Shown piece by piece: positions 18,726 to 28,463 of a DNA stretch of 47,319 bases. The notes under the pieces are model-generated. The model was not told where the DNA came from. It did no database searches and saw only the letters and a list, made by a program, of their open reading frames with translations. The position numbers were made by a program, and so were the translations under genes. Every line of letters starts with the position of its first letter. Within the stretch, counting starts at the first letter, position 1. Source of the stretch: Promethearchaeota archaeon Loki_b31 (GTDB taxonomy: Archaea > Asgardarchaeota > Lokiarchaeia > Sigyniarchaeales > SOKP01). Location of the stretch: assembly GCA_005222975.1 (NCBI GenBank), contig NJBI01000025.1, forward strand, positions 1-47,319, in the 5' to 3' direction.

Positions 18726-20290
18726 TTTAACTCACCTTTTTTATGTAAATCTTGTAAAGTTAGTAACGCAGCAGTTTCTCCATCCTTTAAAGCACTACTA
18801 TATCCGTGACATCTTTTGCCAAAACCTCCACAAAATTCAAGACCCTCAATATGTTTTTCGTCATTCATCGTCATCAAGCGTGGGACAAAAGAATCCCAAG
18901 AATCTGGTTCGTATCCATATACAACTCCATTATAACTTCTGGTAAATCTTGAAATGGTTTGAGGCGTAGCAACTTCAATCTCTTCAATATGTTCCTTTAT
19001 TGGAGCACCAGTGGTTTTTTCCAAAGTGTTAATAAGGTCTTCCGCGATTTTATTTTTTAATGTAAAGTAATCTTCGGGTTTTACATCGTCCCATACTCCC
19101 GGTAGAAAAGCAGTTGTAATCGAAATAATACACGTTCCTGGAGGTGAGCAGTCTGGGATTGCATTATTTAAACAAATTGTTGCTTGAACCTTAGGCGTTT
19201 CAAGGTTGTTCAAAGATTCATAAAGTTCATCAGTATTCATATTGTTATTAATAAAATAACTATAATCTTTGAGTCCTAATTCATCGGCCGTTGCATCTAA
19301 ACCCAAATAAACAACAAATGTAGAAACTCCATGCCGTCTAGCATTTATTTCCTTATAAGCAATTTCTGGAACTTCTGATTTAGGATGTATTAATTTGTTA
19401 TAAGTAAGCGTGGGGGAAGCGTTGCAAACTACATGATTCGTTTTAATCTTATCTCCTTTAGACGTTTCAACTCCGATAACTTTACCGTTTTCAACCAATA
19501 TCTTTTCTACTGCCGTGTTATATTCGATTTTACCTCCTAATTCTCTAATCCTTGTATCTAGAGCGGTAGTGTAGTCGTGAGATCGAAATTTTGGAATATA
19601 AGCACCTTTTAAAATATAACCATAAACCATAGCAGCAAAGATCGTAAAATTCAATCTACTCATTGGAAGTCCTAAATAAACCCAATACGCGTTAAGAATG
19701 CTCCTTGCTTTTTCTGGAATATTAAGGGCATTTTGAACATCCTCCACAGAATAAGCTGTAGTTTTAAGGAAATTTGAATGCTCCTTTAATAGTACATTTT
19801 GATCTGGGTGTCCTTTTGTCTGCCCTATATAAGACATTGCTCTATTAATGTCTTGAGCTAGGTTAAAAAGTTTTCTTACCGATTCTCTACTTCCCGGGAC
19901 TTCTTTTTCAATAGTATCAAGATAAGAATCGACACCAAAAGGCATTACTACATCAACACCTTCATCTGGGTCTGTTAAAATTAACCTATACGCTTCAGGG
20001 ACTTCTACGAACTCTGAATCTAGTTCATATTTTTCTAATAATCTTCTAGTGCCGCCCTTATCCGATGAAGACCCCCAATCATAAAGTTCATGAAGTGAAG
20101 TTTCAAATTCAAACCTTCCTCTCACAAAACTAGATGCAAATCCTCCCGGTAAGTTATGTTGTTCTAAAAGCAGTATTTTAACACCTCTCATTGCTAATTC
20201 TGCGGCGGCTACTAAACCACCATTACCAGCGCCAATTATTACAACATCATATGTTTCGCTAATTACTTGTCCAATGCTCTCATCACTCAT
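18722..20290 (-). CDS. Phytoene desaturase / retinol saturase-like FAD-dependent oxidoreductase
   Basis: DVVIIGAGNGGL, LEQHNLPGGFASSFVRGRFEFE, STFVVYLGLD, EVATPQT..RFT..YNG.VYG. Confidence 0.88.
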   Translation of the reverse strand: MSDESIGQVISETYDVVIIGAGNGGLVAAAELAMRGVKILLLEQHNLPGGFASSFVRGRFEFETSLHELYDWGSSSDKGGTRRLLEKYELDSEFVEVPEAYRLILTDPDEGVDVVMPFGVDSYLDTIEKEVPGSRESVRKLFNLAQDINRAMSYIGQTKGHPDQNVLLKEHSNFLKTTAYSVEDVQNALNIPEKARSILNAYWVYLGLPMSRLNFTIFAAMVYGYILKGAYIPKFRSHDYTTALDTRIRELGGKIEYNTAVEKILVENGKVIGVETSKGDKIKTNHVVCNASPTLTYNKLIHPKSEVPEIAYKEINARRHGVSTFVVYLGLDATADELGLKDYSYFINNNMNTDELYESLNNLETPKVQATICLNNAIPDCSPPGTCIISITTAFLPGVWDDVKPEDYFTLKNKIAEDLINTLEKTTGAPIKEHIEEIEVATPQTISRFTRSYNGVVYGYEPDSWDSFVPRLMTMNDEKHIEGLEFCGGFGKRCHGYSSALKDGETAALLTLQDLHKKGELK

Positions 20291-20565
20291 TTTAAAATCT
20301 CCTCGTTTTTTAAAAAAAACATAATATTAGTTCAATAAATTTTTGCATCTATTAATATATTATTCTGCTATTATTTAGTCAATTTTTAAAATATATTGAT
20401 TTTATTGCGGAAAGATCAAACTTTAAAAAAAGAGTCTGCTTAATTATTTGACAAAGAGATAAAATTTTTAATAGAAAACAATAAAAATTAAAATATGAAA
20501 AGAAAAGAATTATATTAGTACTAGTTTAAAACAAGAAATTTTTCGAATTTAAAGAGATAATTAAT

Positions 20566-23532
20566 ATGAATGAATTAGAAATTGATAAAGAGATTGAAAA
20601 TTTTAAAGAGCAATTAAATTTACTAGCTATGATATTCGATACACGTAGAAAAATGCGTAGAGAGATATCTAACGAAAAAACTGGATTTGTCTTTAATGCC
20701 AAATATCAGTTTACTACTAAAGATGATGAAGTTAATGTTTACGTAATATTTAAAGATGGAAAAATGACAGTCGGCGAGGGAAAAATTGAAGATCCCAACA
20801 TAACTATTTATTATAAAGATAAAGAGACTTTGGCAAATCTTTATAATAAAAGTGCTGAAGAATCTCTTGATTATCTTTTGACAAATGAAATGGGGTATAT
20901 AGGGAACATGTCTTACCTTACTAAATTCTCTTATCTTACCTCACTTGTTATGGCACCTAAAAAAAGGGACTATAAGGGTCCAGAAAATCGATTAATATAT
21001 CCTATCGAAGATATTGATAAGGGAAAAAAGAGCAGAAAACTAAGGAACGAGAGCTTAAATCGTAAGATCGATAATGTTCAAGTTTTAGAAGATCCGTATT
21101 TATCAAAATATACCTTAGATGATTTTCCACGCTTAAAATATTTGAAGAATAGACGATTTGCCTTAAAGCCAGTGATATGTGTTGAAAGAGCAAAACATTT
21201 GACAGAATATCATAGAGAGAATGGTTTTGAAGTAGATAATTCAGGAAATCCGATAGATCCCGAATTGCGCCAGGCAAGAGCAGTAAATCATATAATGTCA
21301 AATAAGAAACCAATAATTCATGATAAACATCTTATAGCAGGTTCAACTACTTCAAAAGAAGTAGGTATCCCCTTGTATCCGGAACTTATCGCGACGGGTA
21401 TATGGCCTGAACTAAAAACTATTGGTGAACGTGAGCTTAATCCTAATGATATCTCAGATAAAGATGCGGATATATTAAGTTTGGAAGTGTTTCCCTATTG
21501 GATGAAGCGGAATGTAAGAGAATATTGTAGAGCAAAAAACAACGATCCATTCTCGCAGCATTTAGAAGAAGGGTGGGTTTTTTATTTCATGATGAAAAAT
21601 AACGCGATTAGTCATACTGTTCCTGGTTTTCCAATGGTGCTTAATGAAGGGTTAGAAAGCGTAAAGAACAAAGCCAATAAAATGGAACTAAAAGCGGATA
21701 CAACTGAAAAGCAAAATTTTTATAAGGCAATTCAAATTGCAATCGATGGGGTTCTAGCGTATTCTAAACATTTAAGTGAAGAAGCCCTTAGATCTGCTAA
21801 TAATTTAGAAGAAAATAATCCAGATCAAGCTACTCGCATAGAGGAATTGAAGGAACTCTCTAGAATATGTGCTAAAGTCCCTGCTAAACCCGCAGAAACA
21901 ATATATGAAGCAGTTCAATCAATTTGGACTAGTTTTGTTTGTCTTCACTGTGAAAATGCAAATTCGGCTTTATCAATTGGTCGGCTTGATCAGATGTTAC
22001 AACCTTTCTTTTTAAAAGAAATCGAAAAAGCTGCAAATGATGAAGAAAGAAATCAAATTGTAAAAAAAGCTATAGAACTTGTAGGATCGTTATTTTTGAG
22101 GATAAATGATCACGATCCGGTAATGCCGAATGTAGGTTGGAAATTATTCGGGGGGAGCTCCTCTGACGACACAGTAACTATTGGAGGCGTAGATAGAGAT
22201 GGTAAAAATGCCGTAAACGATATGAGTTTTATTATATTAAAAACAAATGAAATGCTGGGTTTTCAGGATCCTAATATGAATGCCAGGTACTATTCTGGTA
22301 TTAATTCAAAGGAGTATCTAAGACGATTGTGTGAAGTAAACATCAATATGGGCGCTTCGCCTAGTATTCATAACGATAGAACTATGATTGAAGCGTTGGT
22401 CCATGAAGAATTCTCAATTGAAGACGCAAGAGATTGGGCGGCTACAGGTTGTGTAGAGCCCACAATTGTGGGTAAACATTATGGTCATACGAATTGTATG
22501 CTTTTAAACTTAGTCGCACCATTAGAAATTACGTTAAACAATGGTTTCATACCTTTAACTGGAGAAAAAGTGGGTCCTGAAACGGGTGATGTTCGAACAT
22601 CTTTCCCGACATTCGAGGACTTTCTTAATGCATATAAAACTCAACTCAGATATTTAGTAGAAAAATCAATTGAAATAAATAATTATTTAGGAGAAGCCCA
22701 TTGGTATATACATCCTACACCATTATTATCTGGATTCTTTGAGGGTCCTTTAGAACAAGGCAAAGATCTTATTCAAGGAGGAGCTATTTATAATACATCA
22801 GGAGTTGCCTTAGTGGCATTGACAGATGTGGTTGATAGTTTATTAGTTGTAAGAGATCTCATCTACAAGAAAAAAGAATTGAACTTTGCTACATTGATGG
22901 ATGCCATTGAAAATAACTTTGAGAATGGTTATGAATCAGTTTTACACAATATAGAACAAGTTCCAAAATTTGGGTCTGGTGAAAATGGTACTGTCGAACT
23001 TGCTCAAGATTTAATTGACTTCTGCTATGAAGCTTATCATTCTACTGATAATTATAGAGGGGGTAAATACTTAGTGGGATATTGGTCTATTAGTTACCAC
23101 GCAGGATTTGGAATGCTTACTGGCGCCTTGCCCTCAGGTAGAAAGAAAGGTAAATCATTAACACCTGGATTAACTCCCGCCCCGGGTACAACGGATATCC
23201 TATTGCCAAGTATTCAAAGTGTTGCGAGCTTAGATTATTTGAAAATGGCAAATAATGCATCTTATAACGTAAAATTAATACCTCATTCTGGAGATTCCCA
23301 TGAAGAAACATTAGATCTCTTTACAAGTTATGTGCAAAGCTTTTTTGATTTGAATGGGATGCAGTGGCAATTTAATGTCGTATCCACTGATACATTAAGA
23401 GATGCGATGACAAATCCGATTGATTACCGCTGGCTTTTAGTTAGAGTTTCCGGATATAACGCATATTTCACGAAATTAAATAAGAATATGCAATTAGAAT
23501 TTATTGAGCGGCATGAATATAAATCAAGATAA
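20566..23532 (+). CDS. Glycyl radical enzyme (eliminase-like GCVE) with N-terminal SCP2-like lipid-binding domain
   Basis: Catalytic ATGCVEP (Cys codon 22450), glycyl loop LLVRVSGYNAYF, GRLDQ, TIGG; N-terminal about 120 aa matches the SCP2 pattern (YQF...IFKDGKMTVGEG..EDPNITI...GNM..L.K). Confidence 0.9.
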   Translation: MNELEIDKEIENFKEQLNLLAMIFDTRRKMRREISNEKTGFVFNAKYQFTTKDDEVNVYVIFKDGKMTVGEGKIEDPNITIYYKDKETLANLYNKSAEESLDYLLTNEMGYIGNMSYLTKFSYLTSLVMAPKKRDYKGPENRLIYPIEDIDKGKKSRKLRNESLNRKIDNVQVLEDPYLSKYTLDDFPRLKYLKNRRFALKPVICVERAKHLTEYHRENGFEVDNSGNPIDPELRQARAVNHIMSNKKPIIHDKHLIAGSTTSKEVGIPLYPELIATGIWPELKTIGERELNPNDISDKDADILSLEVFPYWMKRNVREYCRAKNNDPFSQHLEEGWVFYFMMKNNAISHTVPGFPMVLNEGLESVKNKANKMELKADTTEKQNFYKAIQIAIDGVLAYSKHLSEEALRSANNLEENNPDQATRIEELKELSRICAKVPAKPAETIYEAVQSIWTSFVCLHCENANSALSIGRLDQMLQPFFLKEIEKAANDEERNQIVKKAIELVGSLFLRINDHDPVMPNVGWKLFGGSSSDDTVTIGGVDRDGKNAVNDMSFIILKTNEMLGFQDPNMNARYYSGINSKEYLRRLCEVNINMGASPSIHNDRTMIEALVHEEFSIEDARDWAATGCVEPTIVGKHYGHTNCMLLNLVAPLEITLNNGFIPLTGEKVGPETGDVRTSFPTFEDFLNAYKTQLRYLVEKSIEINNYLGEAHWYIHPTPLLSGFFEGPLEQGKDLIQGGAIYNTSGVALVALTDVVDSLLVVRDLIYKKKELNFATLMDAIENNFENGYESVLHNIEQVPKFGSGENGTVELAQDLIDFCYEAYHSTDNYRGGKYLVGYWSISYHAGFGMLTGALPSGRKKGKSLTPGLTPAPGTTDILLPSIQSVASLDYLKMANNASYNVKLIPHSGDSHEETLDLFTSYVQSFFDLNGMQWQFNVVSTDTLRDAMTNPIDYRWLLVRVSGYNAYFTKLNKNMQLEFIERHEYKSR

Positions 23533-23621
23533 ACCTTATGAAAGATATTTTTTTTATTCATTTTATCTAACTTTTTAATTTTTTTATCTTTACTTTTATT
23601 GACGATATTATATTCTCAACA

Positions 23622-24521
23622 ATGACAGATAAAACTCTATTAGTAGATATTAAAAGGAACGCTTTAGATGACGGTCCGGGAATAAGAACATTACTTTTTT
23701 TTAAAGGATGCCCACTTTCTTGTGTATGGTGCCAAAATCCTGAGGCTAAATCGCCATTTAAAGAAATCTCTTTTAATAAAGATAGCTGTAGTGAATGTGG
23801 AACATGTTTAAAAGTTTGTAATCAAGATGCTATAGATTTTTCAAATAAGTATCGAATAGATCGCTCTTTATGTAATCTCTGTGGTAAATGCATTGAAGTA
23901 TGCCCAAATTATGCCTTAGAATTTGTAGGACAAGAATATAGCATAAAAGAATTACTTGAAATTATATTAAAAGATAAAATTTTTTATAAAAATTCAGGTG
24001 GAGGGGTTACTTTTTCTGGTGGAGAACCACTTTATCATATAGATTACATAAATGAATTAGTAAAAGAACTCAAAAAAGAAGATATTCATGTATGTTTAGA
24101 GACCAGTGGATATTATAATCGAGACAAATTTTATGAATTTATTTTACCATATATCGACCTTATTTATTTTGATTTGAAAATTTACAATCCAAAATTACAT
24201 GCTAGATATTGTAAAGTTTCAAACGAGAGCATATTAGAAAATTTTGAAGATATCATTAAAAACAAATCAATAGAAATATTACCAAGGATTCCTCTTATTC
24301 CTAATATAACAGATACAGATGAAAATTTGAGTAACTTAGCTAATTATTTGAAAACCTTTAAAATAAAAAAAATAGGATTATTACCTTATAATCCACTCTG
24401 GCTCTCTAAACCAGAAAAGATAGGAATTAAACCATCCTATGACTATACTGCATGGTTAGATAATAAAGATAAAGAGAGAATTAAATCAATTTTTTCTGAT
24501 TTTGAATTTAACGATTTATAG
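23622..24521 (+). CDS. Glycyl-radical enzyme activating protein with ferredoxin-like insert
   Basis: DGPGIRT..FFKGCPLSCVWCQNPE, two CxxCxxCxxxC motifs, GGVTFSGGEP. Confidence 0.95.
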   Translation: MTDKTLLVDIKRNALDDGPGIRTLLFFKGCPLSCVWCQNPEAKSPFKEISFNKDSCSECGTCLKVCNQDAIDFSNKYRIDRSLCNLCGKCIEVCPNYALEFVGQEYSIKELLEIILKDKIFYKNSGGGVTFSGGEPLYHIDYINELVKELKKEDIHVCLETSGYYNRDKFYEFILPYIDLIYFDLKIYNPKLHARYCKVSNESILENFEDIIKNKSIEILPRIPLIPNITDTDENLSNLANYLKTFKIKKIGLLPYNPLWLSKPEKIGIKPSYDYTAWLDNKDKERIKSIFSDFEFNDL

Positions 24522-24679
24522 CTAAGCAATTTAATTTATTTTTTCTAATTTTTATATTTTCAAAATAACCTTGTCATAACATTTAAATAGATGAATCCCT
24601 ATACATATAACATAAGCATATCTTTTAAAATTAGAAAAGATGTTAGTATAACAATTACTTAAGAAAAAGGTGATATTGT

Positions 24680-25243
24680 ATGACTACTATTGCAGAAAAA
24701 TTAATAAAAGAATTAAAAACAAAAGCTTTAACAATTCTTCAATTAAGTGAAATAACAGGGATTGAAGAGCCTAAAATAAGGACTACAATTAATAGGTTAA
24801 AAGAAAAAACCATAGTACAAGAGTCAGGAATGTTTTTAGACAGATATAAAATATATAAACTATCAGACAAATTGTTTAATGCATCTTTCATAATGAGGAT
24901 GATAAAGAAGCTTGATGGTGTAAAAGCTGTCATTCTTATAAGTAATGTTGATGGTGCGCCAATAAGTAGTATACTTCCGGAAGGAATTAATGAATCCCGT
25001 TATGCCACAATGACTATAACTATGTTTAATTTGATGGAAAGAGCATGTAAAGAAATTAATAAAGGAAAATTTAAATTCTGTCATATTGATGGAGAAGATG
25101 GAAAACTTCTTATCATTTCCTTCAATAAAGGGTTAATTTTATCGATTTCATTCGATTCAACAGTAGATAATGACCTGATGTTTACATCCTATATCAAAAT
25201 TATTGATTTGATAGGTAATTCTTTATCTGATTTAATTCAATAG
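24680..25243 (+). CDS. Winged-HTH fused to a roadblock/LC7 domain
   Basis: N-term LTILQLSEITGIEEPKIRTTINRLKEK (wHTH); C-term GVKAVILIS..DGAPISS...G.F....IDGEDGKLLI (roadblock); AGGTGA SD upstream. Confidence 0.75.
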   Translation: MTTIAEKLIKELKTKALTILQLSEITGIEEPKIRTTINRLKEKTIVQESGMFLDRYKIYKLSDKLFNASFIMRMIKKLDGVKAVILISNVDGAPISSILPEGINESRYATMTITMFNLMERACKEINKGKFKFCHIDGEDGKLLIISFNKGLILSISFDSTVDNDLMFTSYIKIIDLIGNSLSDLIQ

Positions 25244-25350
25244 AGTTTTATTTGATGTTGAAGCTGGTTTTCAAGTTCTGAATGGTTAACTAAACAAAAA
25301 GGAAAAAAAAAGATTAAAGAGATATTTTCAGATTTTAAATTTAAAGATTT

Positions 25351-27147
25351 TTAAATCGGTTTACCTTGAGCATCCCACTTTCTAATTTGGTAATACTTTT
25401 CTAATAATCCTTCTAATGGAGGAATATTTCGTTTAGTTCCACCTTTTTCAAGGGGTGTATAAAATCTCTTCCCAAAATTATCGTCTGCTTTAGTGATCCC
25501 ACATTTAACATTAAAAACTCTTTTCATTTTAATGATCTTTTGTCCTGCTTTCATGAAATCATCAACTGTATATGCTCTTCCAGTGATTGCATTAAGCCCA
25601 TTTATCCAAGGTGTGAGTTTATGGATGAACCAGAACCCAAATATACATCCACCACAAGCAGAATACGCCTCACTTGCATCCTGAATCTTTATTACAGCTT
25701 CAGCAACATCATCCCCCGTTCCAAAACGCTCTACTTGTTCGGTTAAACCGATTTCTTCTTTTTGATTCATATAGGAAGATAAATGCATCGGTTCATAACA
25801 ATGATATGCACCTCGAGGTGTTGTTGCATAATCTAATGCCGTTAGATTATTTGCTCGTGGTTCATGAGCTGGAACCTCGAGTCCTTTTCCATGCATGGAG
25901 AGTTCTTCCGGTAATCCCTTTACTTCACAAAAAGATCTCACTCCTTCAGCTAAATCATCACCAATTCCTTCTCGATAAGCAATTTTTGTGAAGAGTTTTT
26001 CTATCGGTCCAATGGCACCCCAAATATTTTCCTCAGTAAATCCAAATTCATCTAAATTAACATCAATTAGCTTTCTTTCAATAGATTCAAGAAAACATCC
26101 TATTACTGCCCCAAGACTAATTGAGTCCAGACCAAGATCATTGACTATTAAATTCCATTTGATTAAGGCCTCTAAGTCGTTAACCAATAAATTAGAACCT
26201 AGCATTCCTAGGGTTTCATATTCTGGGCGAGTAACCCATTCTCCCTCATATTCCACGAATCCCCTGCAAGCCGTTGGACAATTAAAACAGCCATGCATTT
26301 TAACTTCTCCTCTTGCGTTTAATGCTTTTGCTCCAATTTTTTTAATCCCAATCCATCTTCCCACTGTATAGTTCTTAATAATAATATCTCCTACACTAGC
26401 CATGGAATCTATGTGGACTGGCGTACCTGAATCTGCCATTACCATTCCTAATGCGGATTTCTTTAATAATTCTCTAAGTTCTTTAGCTGCATCATTTACT
26501 TTATCTTTATCTTGAACGGGAACTTTACCCGTGCCACGAACTGCAATAGCTTTTAAGTTCTTGCTACCCATAACAGCCCCCATTCCGCAACGTCCAGCTG
26601 CGTGATGCTTATCATTGATTATACACGCATATTTTACTAAATTTTCTCCAGCAGGGCCAATAGTAGCTACTTTTATTTTATCGTTTCCAAGCAGTTCTTT
26701 TATTTTTTCATCAGTTTCTTGAGTTCCTTTCCCCCACAATTCAGAAGCGTCCTTTATTTCTACTTGTCCGTCGTTTATCCATAGATAAACAGGACTTTGA
26801 CTTTTACCCTTAATGATTAATAAGTCATAACCTGCGGATTTAAGCTCCTTACCAAAAAAACCTCCTGAAGATGCTTCCCCGAGGATTTTAGTTAGTGGTG
26901 ATTTTGCTGTAATAAAGTATCTACCACAGAAAGGAATTGCTGTGCCGCAAAATGGACCAACTGAGAAGATCATAAGATTATTCCCATCAAACGGATCAAT
27001 TTCGGGGTCTACTTCTCGTGTGAAGATCGCAGTTGCTAAACCCATTCCTCCGATTAAATTCACTTCATCTTCATCAGTGTAATCTTCATAGTCAATGTTT
27101 TTCGTTTCTAAATCTATTCTTAAAATTTTTGTGATTTTTATCACCAA
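25351..27147 (-). CDS. aor: Aldehyde:ferredoxin oxidoreductase (W/Mo) family
   Basis: KILRIDL, AKSPLT, IGPAGEN, AGRCGMGAVMGSKNLKAI, CFNCPTAC, PEYET, RGAYH. Confidence 0.93.
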   Translation of the reverse strand: MVIKITKILRIDLETKNIDYEDYTDEDEVNLIGGMGLATAIFTREVDPEIDPFDGNNLMIFSVGPFCGTAIPFCGRYFITAKSPLTKILGEASSGGFFGKELKSAGYDLLIIKGKSQSPVYLWINDGQVEIKDASELWGKGTQETDEKIKELLGNDKIKVATIGPAGENLVKYACIINDKHHAAGRCGMGAVMGSKNLKAIAVRGTGKVPVQDKDKVNDAAKELRELLKKSALGMVMADSGTPVHIDSMASVGDIIIKNYTVGRWIGIKKIGAKALNARGEVKMHGCFNCPTACRGFVEYEGEWVTRPEYETLGMLGSNLLVNDLEALIKWNLIVNDLGLDSISLGAVIGCFLESIERKLIDVNLDEFGFTEENIWGAIGPIEKLFTKIAYREGIGDDLAEGVRSFCEVKGLPEELSMHGKGLEVPAHEPRANNLTALDYATTPRGAYHCYEPMHLSSYMNQKEEIGLTEQVERFGTGDDVAEAVIKIQDASEAYSACGGCIFGFWFIHKLTPWINGLNAITGRAYTVDDFMKAGQKIIKMKRVFNVKCGITKADDNFGKRFYTPLEKGGTKRNIPPLEGLLEKYYQIRKWDAQGKPI

Positions 27148-27313
27148 TTTTTATTTTAATTGTAAATAATTCTGTTTACATGCTATTTATAGGTTTTCTT
27201 CGTGATTATGAGTTCATAATTAGGAATTCATAAATATTGGTCTACTGCAATTTAAAGTTATGTAAATTATTCCACTATATCAGAAAACTAAAACTAAAAC
27301 TAAATCATATAAA

Positions 27314-28417
27314 ATGAGTATAAGAAAAAATATTAAGTTAGTAGACCCAATTATGGCAAAAGTCTTCATACCATGGGTTTTAAGACATCCATCTTATGTA
27401 GTTACAACAAGAAAATTAATTAAATCCTTCAAAAATACAGTTGAATTACGTAGAAAAGCTAAAGAAGAAGGTTTAAAAGTTCCACCCTTTCTAATTCTGA
27501 GTATTACGAAACAGTGTAATTTACATTGTGCAGGGTGTTATGCTGCTGCCGCTGGAACCTTGAGCATCAAATCTGAAAAGCAATTAAATATAGATGCTTG
27601 GAGAAAGATTATAAAGGAAGGAAATGATTTAGGGGTATTTTGCTATGTAATTGCTGGCGGAGAACCATTCATGTTTCCTAATCTACTCGATTTATGTAGC
27701 GAGTTCAAGGATAGAGGTTTTTTAATTTTTACAAATGGAACAGCACTCAAAGAAACTGATTATGAGAAATTGAAAAAGTTAAAAAATGTCGCAATCATCG
27801 TTAGCATTGAAGGAGATAAAGAAGATACTGATAGCAGGAGAGGAGTGGGGGTTTATGAAAAGGTATTAAAAACTATTAATAGATTTAACAAAATTGGCAC
27901 AATAAATGGTATATCAGTGACAATCAATGGAATAAATTATAAAAAATGGATGAACCCTTCTATGATTGACTTTCTTATTAAAAAAGGTGTAAGAATAGGA
28001 TTCTTTTTAGAATATATTCCCACCAAGCATGATATTACGGAATCTTTAATGTTGACAGAAGAAGAAAGAACAGCATTCCGAAAACAAATATTAAATTATA
28101 GAGCGAATAAAAAGATTTATTTAATTCATTCACCCGGAGATGAAGAATATATGGGAGGATGCGTTTCAGCGGGAAGAGGTTTCGCTCATGTTACTCCATC
28201 TGGAGCTTTAACCCCTTGCCCAGTTTCTAGTATGACTACGCATAATTTAACTAAATCATCATTACGTGAAGGATTAGCTAGCGATTTTTTTAAATATATA
28301 CGGGAAAATGAACATTTATTGGAAACTGAAGGCTCTCCTTGTGCACTTTTTAGCCATCAGGAAGAATTGGCCTTAATTGCTTCCAAATTTAAAGCAAGTA
28401 AGGTAGGTACATTATAG
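27314..28417 (+). CDS. Radical SAM protein with SPASM/twitch domain
   Basis: CNLHCAGC, AGGEP, FTNG, GCVSAGRG...G.LTPCP. Confidence 0.9.
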   Translation: MSIRKNIKLVDPIMAKVFIPWVLRHPSYVVTTRKLIKSFKNTVELRRKAKEEGLKVPPFLILSITKQCNLHCAGCYAAAAGTLSIKSEKQLNIDAWRKIIKEGNDLGVFCYVIAGGEPFMFPNLLDLCSEFKDRGFLIFTNGTALKETDYEKLKKLKNVAIIVSIEGDKEDTDSRRGVGVYEKVLKTINRFNKIGTINGISVTINGINYKKWMNPSMIDFLIKKGVRIGFFLEYIPTKHDITESLMLTEEERTAFRKQILNYRANKKIYLIHSPGDEEYMGGCVSAGRGFAHVTPSGALTPCPVSSMTTHNLTKSSLREGLASDFFKYIRENEHLLETEGSPCALFSHQEELALIASKFKASKVGTL

Positions 28418-28463
28418 TTTTTTATATAATACTACTTTTTTTTAATAAAATGGTTTTGTAATC

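Noticed and set aside
27284-27304. AAAACT short tandem repeat
   Set aside because: Only about 3 copies in AT-rich intergenic DNA; no functional evidence
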